From Candidatus Parvarchaeota archaeon (GTDB lineage: Archaea; Nanobdellota; Nanobdellia; Parvarchaeales; Parvarchaeaceae), in assembly GCA_027366075.1 (NCBI GenBank), contig DAHXLI010000012.1, forward strand, positions 1-44,433: DNA of 44,433 nt, in the 5' to 3' direction. The notes beneath the pieces were generated by a model, which saw only the letters and a program-made list of their open reading frames with translations, searched no databases and had not been told where the DNA came from. The position numbers and the translations under genes are program-made. This document shows, one piece after another, positions 15,374-24,361 of the stretch; the stretch's first letter is position 1, and the number at the start of each line of letters is the position of its first letter.

Positions 15374-16099
15374 TTAAGCGACCAGTTTATAGTGTATAAA
15401 TATCCTGTTTAAGGTAATCGAAGTTATAAGAGTTATTATAAGGTAAGTCCAAAACCACGTTAATTCGTTTCCTATCAGAGGTATGCTGAACGGAAGAGTA
15501 ACTATAACCAGTGGGTTCGCTTCCAACGTCAATGAGAGGTTACCGAGAGAATAGGAAGTCTTTTCCGATGTAGAACCGATTATGCTGGATAGTGAGGTAT
15601 TGTATGTTTTACCGTTTTGTAGCAGTACGGCCGTGCAAGTGCTAGAATGTAAGACTGCCGGGAAGTCTTGCGGCAAGTTGGTAGACACCAAAGTCAAGTT
15701 TGAACTATCATTTAGAGTAAGGCAGTTATTTGTGAAGGAAAGCGTGCCATTGACCGGCCCGGATAGGATTGATTGAATAGAAGTCCCTTGCGCGATTGGA
15801 ACGTAACTGAAGAACGAAGACATGACCAAAAATACTATAATGAACGGAACGAACGTAACGAACGTCGGCTTCATCGACTGTTTCATCACTCTCCCGTTCT
15901 CCGACATAATCTGAGAGTACAGTTCTTTAAATCTCGGCTCGCCCGGCTTGACTAACTTTAATTCCTTTTGGAGTTCCTTGATTTTCCCCTTGCTTGCCCT
16001 GACGACTTCTTGGTCTACTATGATCAGATAAGCGATTTGGCCGGAGATCCCGACCCCTATTGCTATAAGTATCACGATTAGACCGTCTATCGAAACCAC
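15374..16099 (-). CDS. DUF106/EMC3-like (archaeal YidC/Oxa1-superfamily) membrane insertase with an enlarged extracytoplasmic loop
   Basis: Layout is TM1, then a coiled coil (KIKELQKELKL...ELYSQIMSENGRVMKQSMKP), TM2, a ~100-aa S/T/N-rich insert, and finally LPFSIPLIGNELTWFWTYLIITLITS. Its position directly after secY is the conserved archaeal location for the DUF106 gene. Confidence 0.6.
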   Translation of the reverse strand: MVSIDGLIVILIAIGVGISGQIAYLIIVDQEVVRASKGKIKELQKELKLVKPGEPRFKELYSQIMSENGRVMKQSMKPTFVTFVPFIIVFLVMSSFFSYVPIAQGTSIQSILSGPVNGTLSFTNNCLTLNDSSNLTLVSTNLPQDFPAVLHSSTCTAVLLQNGKTYNTSLSSIIGSTSEKTSYSLGNLSLTLEANPLVIVTLPFSIPLIGNELTWFWTYLIITLITSITLNRIFIHYKLVA

Positions 16100-16100
16100 G

Positions 16101-17498
16101 TTAGTCCTCCGCCTCTCCGGTTAGCCGCTCTTTTATCGGCTTAAATTCCACTGCATTGTCTTGCATCAATGAGAAATAAAACTGGTATATTATCATAACT
16201 ACTAACAGGATCCCGACCCCGGCTGTTAAGGTATCGAAAAGGTTCGCCAATGCCGCTACCAAACCGGTTAAAGCCCCACCTAAGATTGCCAGTGGTACTA
16301 TATATCTTTTAAATATTTCGGTAAGGACCCTTTCGTCGCGCCTGAAGCCGGGCATTGACAGCCCAGAATTCATTAACTGCTTCGAAACCGATTTTGGATC
16401 CTGGCCACCAAGGTACATCCATATATACGAAAAAATCGCCGCGCCTATGACGAGAAGAAACGTATACGTAAGCAAGGATTCTATCTGCAAAGCCGTTATC
16501 CCCGTGGTGGTCGCGCTGACATAGAGCTCTTGTAAATTGGGAGGCGACAGCAGGGCGGCCAATCCACTTGTTGCGACTTGCTGTGTACCAAAAACGGTAG
16601 TCTCCGTAGTAAACGTCCCAAGAAAATGATTGCCGGCATTATAAAGAGTCAAACCGAAGAACTGCACTCCAGCAACCAACGATACGACTAAAACTATCGG
16701 TATTATGCTCGTATAAAAAAGCGCCACTGGCCACCTTATTGCGTAGCCTTTAAGCCTGCCAAATGAAAGGGGGAGTTCCACCTTCACCCCTTGCAACCAT
16801 ATCGCTACTGCGAAGAGAGATACCGTAGAGATTATCTCTATGATGGGAAAGAGCGCACTTAGTACCGCACCGGAAAGGAACGAAGAGATTATCGCGGGCA
16901 CCGCCCCCAATGGGCTGATAATCGGGTTCAACGTCGTGTTGACCAACTGCAACGAGATCCCTGCCAATATGAAAAGACTTATACCGGATCCTATCCCCCA
17001 CTTGCTGACGACTTCGTCCATAAACATCAGGACCATCCCGGCCAAAACCAACTGTATAAACATTATTATCGGGAAAGTAAGACCTGGGGCCGCCGGTGTA
17101 AGGGCGCCGCTGAAAACGTAAACGCCGTTTTCAATCATTATGAAAGCTATTGTTGCGATCTTCTGTATCCCCTGAAAAGTTATCCTGCCTTCCTTTGTCG
17201 AAGTGTCTATGTGTATCACATCGGTCCCCTGGAGCATCTGTATTATTATGCTCGCACTTACTATCGGACCTATACCCAGCGAAAGAAGAGAACCGAAGTG
17301 GGAGGCTATCAAAACCTGCAGTATCTCGAAACTAAGACTATAAGATTTGCTTACCCCAAAAAGCGGGACCAGAGACATCACCATGAAGATAAGAAGGATC
17401 GCTAGCGTCCAGCCGAACTTTGTTTTAAGACTAAGCTTGTGTTCTGGGACTGGAATTGATGGTAAATTTGATAGGAAAGCTTGCAGCTTTGGGTTCAT
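16101..17498 (-). CDS. secY: preprotein translocase subunit SecY
   Basis: 465 aa, 10-TM, at the end of the L30-L15 cluster. The start overlaps the L15 stop. Confidence 0.95.
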   Translation of the reverse strand: MNPKLQAFLSNLPSIPVPEHKLSLKTKFGWTLAILLIFMVMSLVPLFGVSKSYSLSFEILQVLIASHFGSLLSLGIGPIVSASIIIQMLQGTDVIHIDTSTKEGRITFQGIQKIATIAFIMIENGVYVFSGALTPAAPGLTFPIIMFIQLVLAGMVLMFMDEVVSKWGIGSGISLFILAGISLQLVNTTLNPIISPLGAVPAIISSFLSGAVLSALFPIIEIISTVSLFAVAIWLQGVKVELPLSFGRLKGYAIRWPVALFYTSIIPIVLVVSLVAGVQFFGLTLYNAGNHFLGTFTTETTVFGTQQVATSGLAALLSPPNLQELYVSATTTGITALQIESLLTYTFLLVIGAAIFSYIWMYLGGQDPKSVSKQLMNSGLSMPGFRRDERVLTEIFKRYIVPLAILGGALTGLVAALANLFDTLTAGVGILLVVMIIYQFYFSLMQDNAVEFKPIKERLTGEAED

Positions 17499-17893
17499 AC
17501 CACTTCTCCACCCGCGGAGACTATCTCATTCTTGGCCTTGTCCGAAGCTTTGCCATGTACTATCATCTTGACTCTTTGTTTTCCGAATCTGCCGCAAACC
17601 TTGGAATAACCTAGTTCCTCCAGATCAAGAACGACTTTATCGCCTTCTTTCTTAAGCATTCCTTTCTTTTCTAGAGAGCTTATTTCATTTTCGATGAAAT
17701 TAAGATTAAGCGGGACTTTCCTGACGTTTGACAACTCATACCTATGTTCGTGCGCCCTTATTGACATCATGTTCTGCTGGCCTCTTTTTCCCCCGCCCGC
17801 GCGCCCTCTTCCACCGCGATTTCCAGCGTGCCTTGCTCTCTTTCCGTAGCCTCTTCCGGCAGTCGTACTGCCCCTCAAGTGTCTTCTTTTCAT
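17495..17893 (-). CDS. rpl15: 50S ribosomal protein L15 (uL15)
   Basis: G/R-rich N-terminus (GRGYGKRARHAGNRGGRGRAGGGKRG) and operon position. Confidence 0.9.
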   Translation of the reverse strand: MKRRHLRGSTTAGRGYGKRARHAGNRGGRGRAGGGKRGQQNMMSIRAHEHRYELSNVRKVPLNLNFIENEISSLEKKGMLKKEGDKVVLDLEELGYSKVCGRFGKQRVKMIVHGKASDKAKNEIVSAGGEVV

Positions 17894-18339
17894 ATCATTC
17901 TTTCAAGCAAGTCGTTTATGTTGGCGCCCCTGTAGCCGAATACTCCTTTTGAGCTGTATGGCGTTTTCTTCCCTCTTCTCTCAAATCCTTTTATCGGCGG
18001 ATGCAGGTTGAATACCCTTTTTATCTTCGCGTCCTCCAAACTGCTATTTCCTGAGAGGAGACCCTGGACGGTTTCATCAAGCTGTGCGTCCTGCCACTCG
18101 TATTTCTTCCTATTGCTGAGCCTGGCTCTTTTTAGAAGCAATTTCTTCAGGGTCTCATTGTTTATCTCACCGTATGTCAAGACGCTTTCGGCCTTTTTTA
18201 TCATCCCAAGGTTCGATGGAGAGTTGTCTAATAAAACGCAAGAGTATAGTTTGTGCAGGTCCAAGTTCTTTATTACGGCGCCTATGCTTGCGCTTTTCTT
18301 TACCGATGATCTTATCCTTATGACACAAAGTTTTTCCAT
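17890..18339 (-). CDS. rpl30: 50S ribosomal protein L30 (uL30)
   Basis: CVIRIRSSVKKSASIGAVIKNLDLHKL...GMIKKAESVLTYGEI, and operon position. Confidence 0.85.
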   Translation of the reverse strand: MEKLCVIRIRSSVKKSASIGAVIKNLDLHKLYSCVLLDNSPSNLGMIKKAESVLTYGEINNETLKKLLLKRARLSNRKKYEWQDAQLDETVQGLLSGNSSLEDAKIKRVFNLHPPIKGFERRGKKTPYSSKGVFGYRGANINDLLERMI

Positions 18340-18344
18340 CTTCG

Positions 18345-19124
18345 TTAACCTAAGACTCCCAGCGATCTTCTCTCCGTATCCAATAAACGATAAGAATCAA
18401 GTTTCTTCAGTGCTTCAAATGTAGCATAACCCAGGTTTATCCTAGTGTGGGTCTGCCCTTGGACTCTTGACCAAACGTCTTTTATCCCCGCAAGTCTTAA
18501 CACGGTCTTTATGTCATCTGCGACGCAAAACCCTATGCCCTTCGGCGCCGGAGTCAATGTTACTATCACAGAACCCGTTTTTCCATGTACTTTAAACGGG
18601 ATCGAATGCGGGGTGCCGCATGCACACTCCCAGCTTCCACAGCCCCTTTTTATTTTTATAAGACTGAGCTTTGCTTTCTTGACGGCCTTCTCTTTTGCTG
18701 TTACGGACTCTAAGGCACTTCCCTTTCCTATCCCAATATGACCATCGCCGTCACCGATGACTGCCATGGCTGAAAAATGTTGTCTTTTGGCTTTTGCGGT
18801 GACCTTCTGAGTATTTCTTATTATCCTTCTTTTTCCGCCGCCTAATTTTCCTTTAGATTGGCCTATAAACAAAAAGTCAGTTTGGAGATTCGGCAGCAAA
18901 ACGTCGATTATCTGCGGCTCAAGGACCTTAAGATTATTATTTAATATTTCGTCTATGTCTTTTATTTCGCCTGCAGCTACTCTCTTGCCCAAGTCGCTCT
19001 TAAAATTATAATTGCTGACCCTTTTTTCTGATATTGCCGCTGGAGCTTTTTCGGTCTCTTCTTTTATCTCTTGCGCCGCGCTTTTGGCTTCCTTGACATC
19101 AGTTGTCGTTTCCTCAGTTCCCAT
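18345..19124 (-). CDS. rps5: 30S ribosomal protein S5 (uS5) with a ~45-aa acidic N-terminal extension
   Basis: FSAMAVIGDGDGHIGIGKGSALESVTAKEKAVKKAK...TLTPAPKGIGFCVADDIKTVLRLAGIKDVWS. Confidence 0.9.
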   Translation of the reverse strand: MGTEETTTDVKEAKSAAQEIKEETEKAPAAISEKRVSNYNFKSDLGKRVAAGEIKDIDEILNNNLKVLEPQIIDVLLPNLQTDFLFIGQSKGKLGGGKRRIIRNTQKVTAKAKRQHFSAMAVIGDGDGHIGIGKGSALESVTAKEKAVKKAKLSLIKIKRGCGSWECACGTPHSIPFKVHGKTGSVIVTLTPAPKGIGFCVADDIKTVLRLAGIKDVWSRVQGQTHTRINLGYATFEALKKLDSYRLLDTERRSLGVLG

Positions 19125-19632
19125 GTTGCTTTATGTTATCGATTACCTTATTTATTTCTTCCCGCATGCTCTTAACCTTTTCACCTACTAGGTGAAACTG
19201 GTTGCCCTTCTTGTTTTCGTAGTGTTTTGCTATGTGGGCGCCATACAGTCTTTCTTCGGAAATGGGAAGTTCGCCCGCATGTGTGTCGAGGCCGCCATCT
19301 TGCGCCCCCTTCAGAAAATAGTATATGAAACTATCTTTCTTTAGAGTTCTGTTCCCTTTATCCAGTATAGCCTCTTTTGCGCTCGATTTCTTGGCCAAAA
19401 GGAAGCCTGTAAGATAGGAAGCGGGTATGTTCTTAGGACTAAAGGCCCATCCATATTTTTTAAGGTCTCTCCCGTAAATCGTAACTAGAGTCTTATCTCC
19501 GTCTTCAGAGTATTGGATTATCTGGCCCATTACTGTGCTGTCCGTCTTTCGAACGACCAATCTTGGCAGGCCGGATTTCAGAAGCTTTAGCCTCTTTCGA
19601 TAGTTCGTGCTCCTGTTTCGTTCTACTTTCAT
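19114..19632 (-). CDS. rpl18: 50S ribosomal protein L18 (uL18)
   Basis: RKRLKLLKSGLPRLVVRKTDSTVMGQII, and operon position. Confidence 0.85.
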   Translation of the reverse strand: MKVERNRSTNYRKRLKLLKSGLPRLVVRKTDSTVMGQIIQYSEDGDKTLVTIYGRDLKKYGWAFSPKNIPASYLTGFLLAKKSSAKEAILDKGNRTLKKDSFIYYFLKGAQDGGLDTHAGELPISEERLYGAHIAKHYENKKGNQFHLVGEKVKSMREEINKVIDNIKQHGN

Positions 19633-19633
19633 A

Positions 19634-20080
19634 TCAAGATTTTTTCATCATCTCCTCTATCGAATTCTTCATGTGCGTAACGCTATGGAAGGCATTCCCT
19701 TTTATTTTTCTGTAGACTACTCTGAAAAGTTTGCCATCGATCTTCCCTGCGGCTCGCTCTTTAAATAGTTCTTTTCTCAGGGCCCTGACTTTATTCCTCC
19801 AAGAAAATTGCATTCTAGCGTTCTTCTTTCCTTTCCTACTTCCCGTGCCTTTCCTGTGTCCCTTTTTCTTCTTTAAGTGCAGCGCCCTCGCTCTCGATCT
19901 GGATTGGCCTTGCGTCACTTTTTTCTTTATCGCCCCGCTAGAGATAAGATTATCCACATCGCCCCTGGTTATCGCTTCTTTTATCTCTTTGAATTTAGCC
20001 GGATCTAGCCATACTTTTTTCTCCCCGACCCCCAGGATATCACTTGCCAGTCGTCTCTGTGTTTTTAACATTCCTCTCAT
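19634..20080 (-). CDS. rpl19e: 50S ribosomal protein L19e
   Basis: LKTQRRLASDILGVGEKKVWLDPAKFKEIKEAITRGDV. An alternative ATG lies at 20071. Confidence 0.9.
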   Translation of the reverse strand: MRGMLKTQRRLASDILGVGEKKVWLDPAKFKEIKEAITRGDVDNLISSGAIKKKVTQGQSRSRARALHLKKKKGHRKGTGSRKGKKNARMQFSWRNKVRALRKELFKERAAGKIDGKLFRVVYRKIKGNAFHSVTHMKNSIEEMMKKS

Positions 20081-20390
20081 GGTTTACCACCTTTATATTT
20101 TTTGACCTGCATTCGTCTAATATCTTTGCTCTTTTCAGAGAGCCGACGGCGCTTGCGATTATCACTATATTATCTCCGGTTATCTTGCCCAGATCAGAGG
20201 GCGCGTAGATCATTACGGGGAGTTTATTTGCTATCCTGCCCCGCGTCTTAGCATTAGACATAAACCCTTTTGACGGCATCGGTTTGTGGCCCTTCTTCCC
20301 GATCTTTGTCTTGTTCTTACGGCCTCTTGGCTTACGCCATGACATCCCGACCCTTACGAGTTTTCCAGAATCTTTTTTTGTGAATTCCAT
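20040..20390 (-). CDS. rpl32e: 50S ribosomal protein L32e
   Basis: MSWRKPRGRKNKTKIGKKGHKPMPSKGF...IIASAVGSLKRAKILDECRSKNIKVVN. The 3' end overlaps rpl19e by 32-41 nt. Confidence 0.85.
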   Translation of the reverse strand: MEFTKKDSGKLVRVGMSWRKPRGRKNKTKIGKKGHKPMPSKGFMSNAKTRGRIANKLPVMIYAPSDLGKITGDNIVIIASAVGSLKRAKILDECRSKNIKVVNHERNVKNTETTGK

Positions 20391-20391
20391 G

Positions 20392-20913
20392 TTAAGGTTT
20401 CTTTGTTATGAATATTCCGTCCTTGAATACTCGCCTGTCTTTATTTTTGATCTGTATTTTGCTCTCGATCGTGCCTGCGACTTGCCCCACAAGATATTTA
20501 TCTATGCCGGAGATTTTTATTTTTGTGCCGTTTACCTTTACCTCTACGTTCTTTGGGAGCGTTATCTCCCTCGGTTTCCTCTCGCCCACAAAATTTTCGA
20601 CTATTAACTTGTCTCCGCTTACCTTAACTGTCGCTGGGAAGTGCATGTAGATAAGTTCTAATTCGGCGGTATATTTTTCATTTACGCCCTTTGCCATGTT
20701 TCTGACTGCGGCGGCCAAAGTCCCGGCTATCGCTTTCTGGTAAGCTATGTCCCGTTCTGCGTCTACGTGCATCGTTGTGCCGTCAAGACTTACGTGGATG
20801 AATGGGTATCTTATTTCCGTCTTAAGTTCTCCTTCTTTGCCATTTACAGTAATCATATTGCCTGAGATGTCCAAGTCTACACCAGACACATCGACCTTAA
20901 ACTTAGTAGACAT
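20392..20913 (-). CDS. rpl6: 50S ribosomal protein L6 (uL6)
   Basis: Two-repeat L6 pattern, and position between S8 and L32e. Confidence 0.85.
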   Translation of the reverse strand: MSTKFKVDVSGVDLDISGNMITVNGKEGELKTEIRYPFIHVSLDGTTMHVDAERDIAYQKAIAGTLAAAVRNMAKGVNEKYTAELELIYMHFPATVKVSGDKLIVENFVGERKPREITLPKNVEVKVNGTKIKISGIDKYLVGQVAGTIESKIQIKNKDRRVFKDGIFITKKP

Positions 20914-21289
20914 AAGCGATTAGCGTGCCTCCCAACCTAAGCTGCTTTGCTTCTGTATTCGTTATAAGTCCCTTATTTGTGGACAGAACTATCATCCCAA
21001 AACCCAAGGCCGGCAGGAATCGTTTTTCATATTTTGTTATCTCTTCAAATTTTATCGGCAATCTCGGCCGTATCGCCTTGCATTTGTTAAGGTTATCGCT
21101 CAACTCTAATTTTATGAAGCCGCCTCTCGAGTCGCTTATCACTTCGCATTTATTTATGTAGCCATTGTTTTTCACTATATCTAATATTCTTATTAGAAAC
21201 TGGGATACTGGGCTTATTACGCATGTCTTTTTTCCATTCTTCTTCGCAACGTCTATTATATTAAAAACATTCGAAAGTGTGTCTGCCAT
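20903..21289 (-). CDS. rps8: 30S ribosomal protein S8 (uS8)
   Basis: DTLSNVFNIIDVAKKNGKKTCVI...IVKNNGYI...GGTLIAYVY. Confidence 0.85.
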   Translation of the reverse strand: MADTLSNVFNIIDVAKKNGKKTCVISPVSQFLIRILDIVKNNGYINKCEVISDSRGGFIKLELSDNLNKCKAIRPRLPIKFEEITKYEKRFLPALGFGMIVLSTNKGLITNTEAKQLRLGGTLIAYVY

Positions 21290-21291
21290 AT

Positions 21292-21528
21292 TTAAGCCTC
21301 TTTACCGTATTTTCTGAAACCGAGATCCTTAGCTACTTCCCTGAAGCATTCCCTGCAATAACTTAAACCATGTATGCTTATGTGCGCTTCGGCCCTGTTA
21401 CAACGGACGCATTTTCTTGTCCTTGCGTCATGTGGCTGTGTCTTGTGCTTGCTGAACTTTAAGAATCTGTTATATTTTGCCGGCTTTCCCTTAAGGTTTT
21501 TCGCTATTCTTTCAAATGCCGTTTCCAT
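21292..21528 (-). CDS. rps14: 30S ribosomal protein S14 (uS14, zinc type)
   Basis: CVRCNRAEAHISIHGLSYCRECFREVAKDLGFRKYG (C-x2-C...C-x2-C). At 78 aa it is longer than the usual 50-60 aa. Confidence 0.8.
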   Translation of the reverse strand: METAFERIAKNLKGKPAKYNRFLKFSKHKTQPHDARTRKCVRCNRAEAHISIHGLSYCRECFREVAKDLGFRKYGKEA

Positions 21529-21529
21529 A

Positions 21530-22039
21530 TCAATCGTTTATCTTTACTTTGTATTTGTCCCTTATAAATTCCGTCGCTTCTTCCTTTTTTATCACGTGGG
21601 TTTTGCCTATCTTCCTTGCGAGCCTTTTCCTGGCTATTGAATATCCTCTTCTAGACAAAGTGACCGCAACCGATATGCCGACTATCCCTACGGTATAATC
21701 ATATTTCGCTCCTGGTATGTGGACATATTCCGATATCCCAAAAGATAGGTTACCGGTCCTATCGAAATTTGATGCCTTTAGTTTATCTTCTACTGCAGTG
21801 AGGAGTCTTCTCAATAGTTCGTCCGCCTTTTTCCCCCTTAAAGTCACCTTGACGCCGATGTCTAAGCCCGGCCGTATATCCCATTCCGGGATCCTCTTTT
21901 TAGTCATAGTCTTAACCGACTTGGCGCCGGATATCTGCTCGAGTAATCTTCCTACTTTCTCCAGCTTATCCCCAGGTTCTCCCACTCCTACATTCATCGT
22001 TATCTTTTCGATCCTTATCTCTTTCATCTTGTTTTCCAT
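21530..22039 (-). CDS. rpl5: 50S ribosomal protein L5 (uL5)
   Basis: MKEIRIEKITMNVGVGEPGDKLEKVGRLLEQISGAKSVKT. ATG 22039 lies 2 nt after the S4e stop. The track GTG 22057 would overlap S4e. Confidence 0.9.
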   Translation of the reverse strand: MENKMKEIRIEKITMNVGVGEPGDKLEKVGRLLEQISGAKSVKTMTKKRIPEWDIRPGLDIGVKVTLRGKKADELLRRLLTAVEDKLKASNFDRTGNLSFGISEYVHIPGAKYDYTVGIVGISVAVTLSRRGYSIARKRLARKIGKTHVIKKEEATEFIRDKYKVKIND

Positions 22040-22041
22040 AT

Positions 22042-22704
22042 TCAAAGTACGAAGCACGAAGTAGTGGAAGCCCTAAAGGATTTTCCGCCTTTTTCTAGTT
22101 CTACCGATTCTGCGTCTATCTTGGTTATCTTACCGGTAAGCCCGGCGTTTTTACCCCTAAATATTATTACTTCTCGCCCCTGTTCGAATGGCAAGACTTC
22201 CTGTATCTTGTTCTTCGAAAGATCCAAGACTATCGTGTCACCTATCTGTATTTCTGGTTTGTCTGTTATGACGTTCCTTCCGTCGCTTAGTCTCAAAACC
22301 GTCTTATCCGCCTTTGCCTTGCCTTTTGATAAAACTTTAAGCCTCTTTGATTTCTGATCCGACTCGTCTTTCGTCATTATGAGCTTACCTTTTGAATCTA
22401 GATACACTAAAAATTTCTCCCCTTTTACGTCCAGCATGTCGCCGAAGCCGACTATGTATTTTTCCTCCTTTATGATTTTTCCATCGACTTTGACATTGCC
22501 GCTTCTTATAAGGTATCTAGCTTCCTTGCCGTTTTTTGCTATTTTCATCAGGTCCCTTAATATCCCTAAAAGCGCTATCCCTTCCGAACTTCTGTGCTTG
22601 CCCGGCAGAGAACGGACATAATAAACATATTTTTTCCTAGGTATGACTACGGCTTTCGTTACCACGCTTCTCTTAAAGTGCTTTGATTCACCGTGTCTTG
22701 CCAT
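22042..22704 (-). CDS. rps4e: 30S ribosomal protein S4e
   Basis: MARHGESKHFKRSVV...LPGKHRSSEGIALLGILRDL. Confidence 0.9.
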   Translation of the reverse strand: MARHGESKHFKRSVVTKAVVIPRKKYVYYVRSLPGKHRSSEGIALLGILRDLMKIAKNGKEARYLIRSGNVKVDGKIIKEEKYIVGFGDMLDVKGEKFLVYLDSKGKLIMTKDESDQKSKRLKVLSKGKAKADKTVLRLSDGRNVITDKPEIQIGDTIVLDLSKNKIQEVLPFEQGREVIIFRGKNAGLTGKITKIDAESVELEKGGKSFRASTTSCFVL

Positions 22705-23080
22705 AAGTCTTTAGTTTATCCGTCCTCCAACTGTCTGATGTATTTAGTTCCTTGACCATCAATGCCGAAGGCCGCAACTTAAACGGGACTTTGTTCCCCT
22801 TCTTAGTCGTTCTCTTGACGCTGTCTATAGTGACTTTTGATTGTTTTGTGTATACCTTGTCTACTTTTCCTTCCGTTCCCTTGAATTTTCCCCGCATTAT
22901 TAGCACGCTGTCGCCTTTCCTGACGGGCACGTTTCTAGTCTTGTAAATGTTTCTGAGGTCTTTTGACAAGTGTGCAGACAACATCGGTCTCTTAAGATGC
23001 AACGGGGCGTTCATCCTGTATTTTCTCTGTTTTTTCGGGATCCCGCTGCTGATCCAATGTCTACTAAAATCCTTGTTCAT
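22688..23080 (-). CDS. rpl24: 50S ribosomal protein L24 (uL24)
   Basis: KKQRKYRMNAPLHLKRPMLSAHLSKDLRNIYKTRNVPVRKGDSVLIMRGKFKGTEGKV (KOW motif). Confidence 0.85.
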   Translation of the reverse strand: MNKDFSRHWISSGIPKKQRKYRMNAPLHLKRPMLSAHLSKDLRNIYKTRNVPVRKGDSVLIMRGKFKGTEGKVDKVYTKQSKVTIDSVKRTTKKGNKVPFKLRPSALMVKELNTSDSWRTDKLKTYGKTR

Positions 23081-23508
23081 ACGATACTAGACGATATTTT
23101 GGTTATATGCGGAAACCTAAAAGATATCTCTTTAGGTATTGGCCCCCTCAATATCGTTCCCTGTGGCTCATATTTATCTATGTCTTTTACTATGGCGCAA
23201 GCATTATCCTCGAAAGAAAGTCTTACGCCATCAAGCCTCCTAAACGCTTTCTTCTGTCTTACTATGACCGCTGGAAACGTCTTGTGTATCGTATCTGGCG
23301 AACCTCTTTTTACTACGACCCAGACGGTATCCCCTACGCCACACTTCGGTTGCCGGTCTTTTACGCCGTGATAGCCGCGTACTTGTACCACCTTAGCTAT
23401 CTTTGCGCCCGAATTGTCAGCGACGTTTATCCAGCTGCCTACGTTTATCGACTTGCTGATCTTTGCTCTAAGCGGTTTTAAACCTCCTCCCTTTCTTCCT
23501 GTTCCCAT
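23077..23508 (-). CDS. rpl14: 50S ribosomal protein L14 (uL14)
   Basis: NVADNSGAKIAKVVQV...GDTVWVVVKRG. Confidence 0.9.
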   Translation of the reverse strand: MGTGRKGGGLKPLRAKISKSINVGSWINVADNSGAKIAKVVQVRGYHGVKDRQPKCGVGDTVWVVVKRGSPDTIHKTFPAVIVRQKKAFRRLDGVRLSFEDNACAIVKDIDKYEPQGTILRGPIPKEISFRFPHITKISSSIV

Positions 23509-23509
23509 G

Positions 23510-23827
23510 TTATGCCTTTTCCTTTCTGACTACCACGAACTTTTTCCATCGACTTATCGGTCTAGTTTCGTATATGATAACGTGGTCTCCTAATTTTGCG
23601 TTGATGCATTCTGGATTGTGAGCCAAAACTTTCGTCCTTTCCTTTAAGAACCTGTCGTATTTTTTAAGTCGCCTGTATCTAGTCCAACTTACTGCAACGG
23701 TTTTATGCGCCTTTGCCGACGTGACTATGCCTTCGAATTTCCTGCCGTGCACTCTCAAAGAGCCGTGATACGGACAGTTATCATCCTTACATTCCGTATC
23801 TGGAGCGACTAAATCGTTATATTGCAT
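23510..23827 (-). CDS. rps17: 30S ribosomal protein S17 (uS17)
   Basis: CPYHGSLRVHGRKFEGIVTSAKAHKTVAVSW...HNPECINAKLGDHVIIYETRPISRWKKFVV. Confidence 0.85.
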   Translation of the reverse strand: MQYNDLVAPDTECKDDNCPYHGSLRVHGRKFEGIVTSAKAHKTVAVSWTRYRRLKKYDRFLKERTKVLAHNPECINAKLGDHVIIYETRPISRWKKFVVVRKEKA

Positions 23828-24074
23828 ATTCCCAAGGCCTCAAATTTATCTCTTCTCCCCTGATTTTGATTTCTTTTTCGTTTGCATAGACAACAAATCT
23901 GTTTTTGTCCTTTATAATCCTTTTTAGTCCCTTATCTGTGTCGATCACTAAAGTATTCTTAGTCTCATCTACGACGCGCCCTTTGACATCGGTATCCTTG
24001 ATAGATACGTCTTTGCCGATTAACATTAGGTATCTAAGAAAACCATCGTTTAAAAACGTTTTTATGCTATTCAA
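23817..24074 (-). CDS. rnp1: RNase P protein component 1 (Rpp29/Pop4)
   Basis: LIGKDVSIKDTDVKGRVVDETKNTLVIDTDKGLKRIIKDKNRFVV...IRGEEINLRPWE matches the Rpp29 pattern. It sits at the canonical position upstream of S17. TTG start. Confidence 0.7.
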   Translation of the reverse strand: MNSIKTFLNDGFLRYLMLIGKDVSIKDTDVKGRVVDETKNTLVIDTDKGLKRIIKDKNRFVVYANEKEIKIRGEEINLRPWEYAI

Positions 24075-24095
24075 GAATATAATAAAATTAAAAAC

Positions 24096-24359
24096 TTAAA
24101 CCATGCCTAGTTTTGTCGCCAAGTCCATAGCGCTGGTTTCCTGTTTTAGCTTGACTATAGCCACTCTCTCTCCGCTCATCTTGTTTATTACGTTTATCTT
24201 GTCGATTTTTGCGCCGAAAAGCGTTTCCAGTTCTTTTCTTATGCCTATCTTATTGGAAGTCTTGGAGACCACGAACGAAAGCTTGTTCTGCTCCTGCATA
24301 AGCCTTGTTGCTTTTTCTCCGCTCTGGATGCTTATTATATTTTTTATGCTTTCTTCCAT
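24096..24359 (-). CDS. rpl23: 50S ribosomal protein L23 (uL23)
   Basis: NKLSFVVSKTSNKIGIRKELETLFGAKIDKINVINKMSGERVAIVKL. ATG 24359 is 2 nt after the L4 stop. An alternative ATG at 24395 would overlap L4. Confidence 0.85.
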   Translation of the reverse strand: MEESIKNIISIQSGEKATRLMQEQNKLSFVVSKTSNKIGIRKELETLFGAKIDKINVINKMSGERVAIVKLKQETSAMDLATKLGMV

Positions 24360-24361
24360 GT

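Noticed and set aside
18990-19124. The acidic ~45-aa N-terminal extension of S5 as a separate gene or fusion
   Set aside because: It is a continuous frame with the S5 body, has no independent domain signature and is a low-complexity E/K/T/A stretch. It is most simply a lineage-specific extension or a slightly over-long start call.
20040-20080. A 32-41 nt overlap between rpl32e and rpl19e as a possible frameshift or pseudogene
   Set aside because: Both ORFs are full length relative to their families. The overlap only adds a short non-conserved tail (HERNVKNTETTGK) to L32e. Overlaps are common throughout this compact operon.
21292-21528. S14 length of 78 aa versus the usual 50-60 aa as evidence of a fused or mis-called gene
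   Set aside because: There is a single ATG in frame and an intact Zn-ribbon. The gene is flanked by L5 and S8 with 1-2 nt spacers. It is most likely a genuine N-terminal extension.
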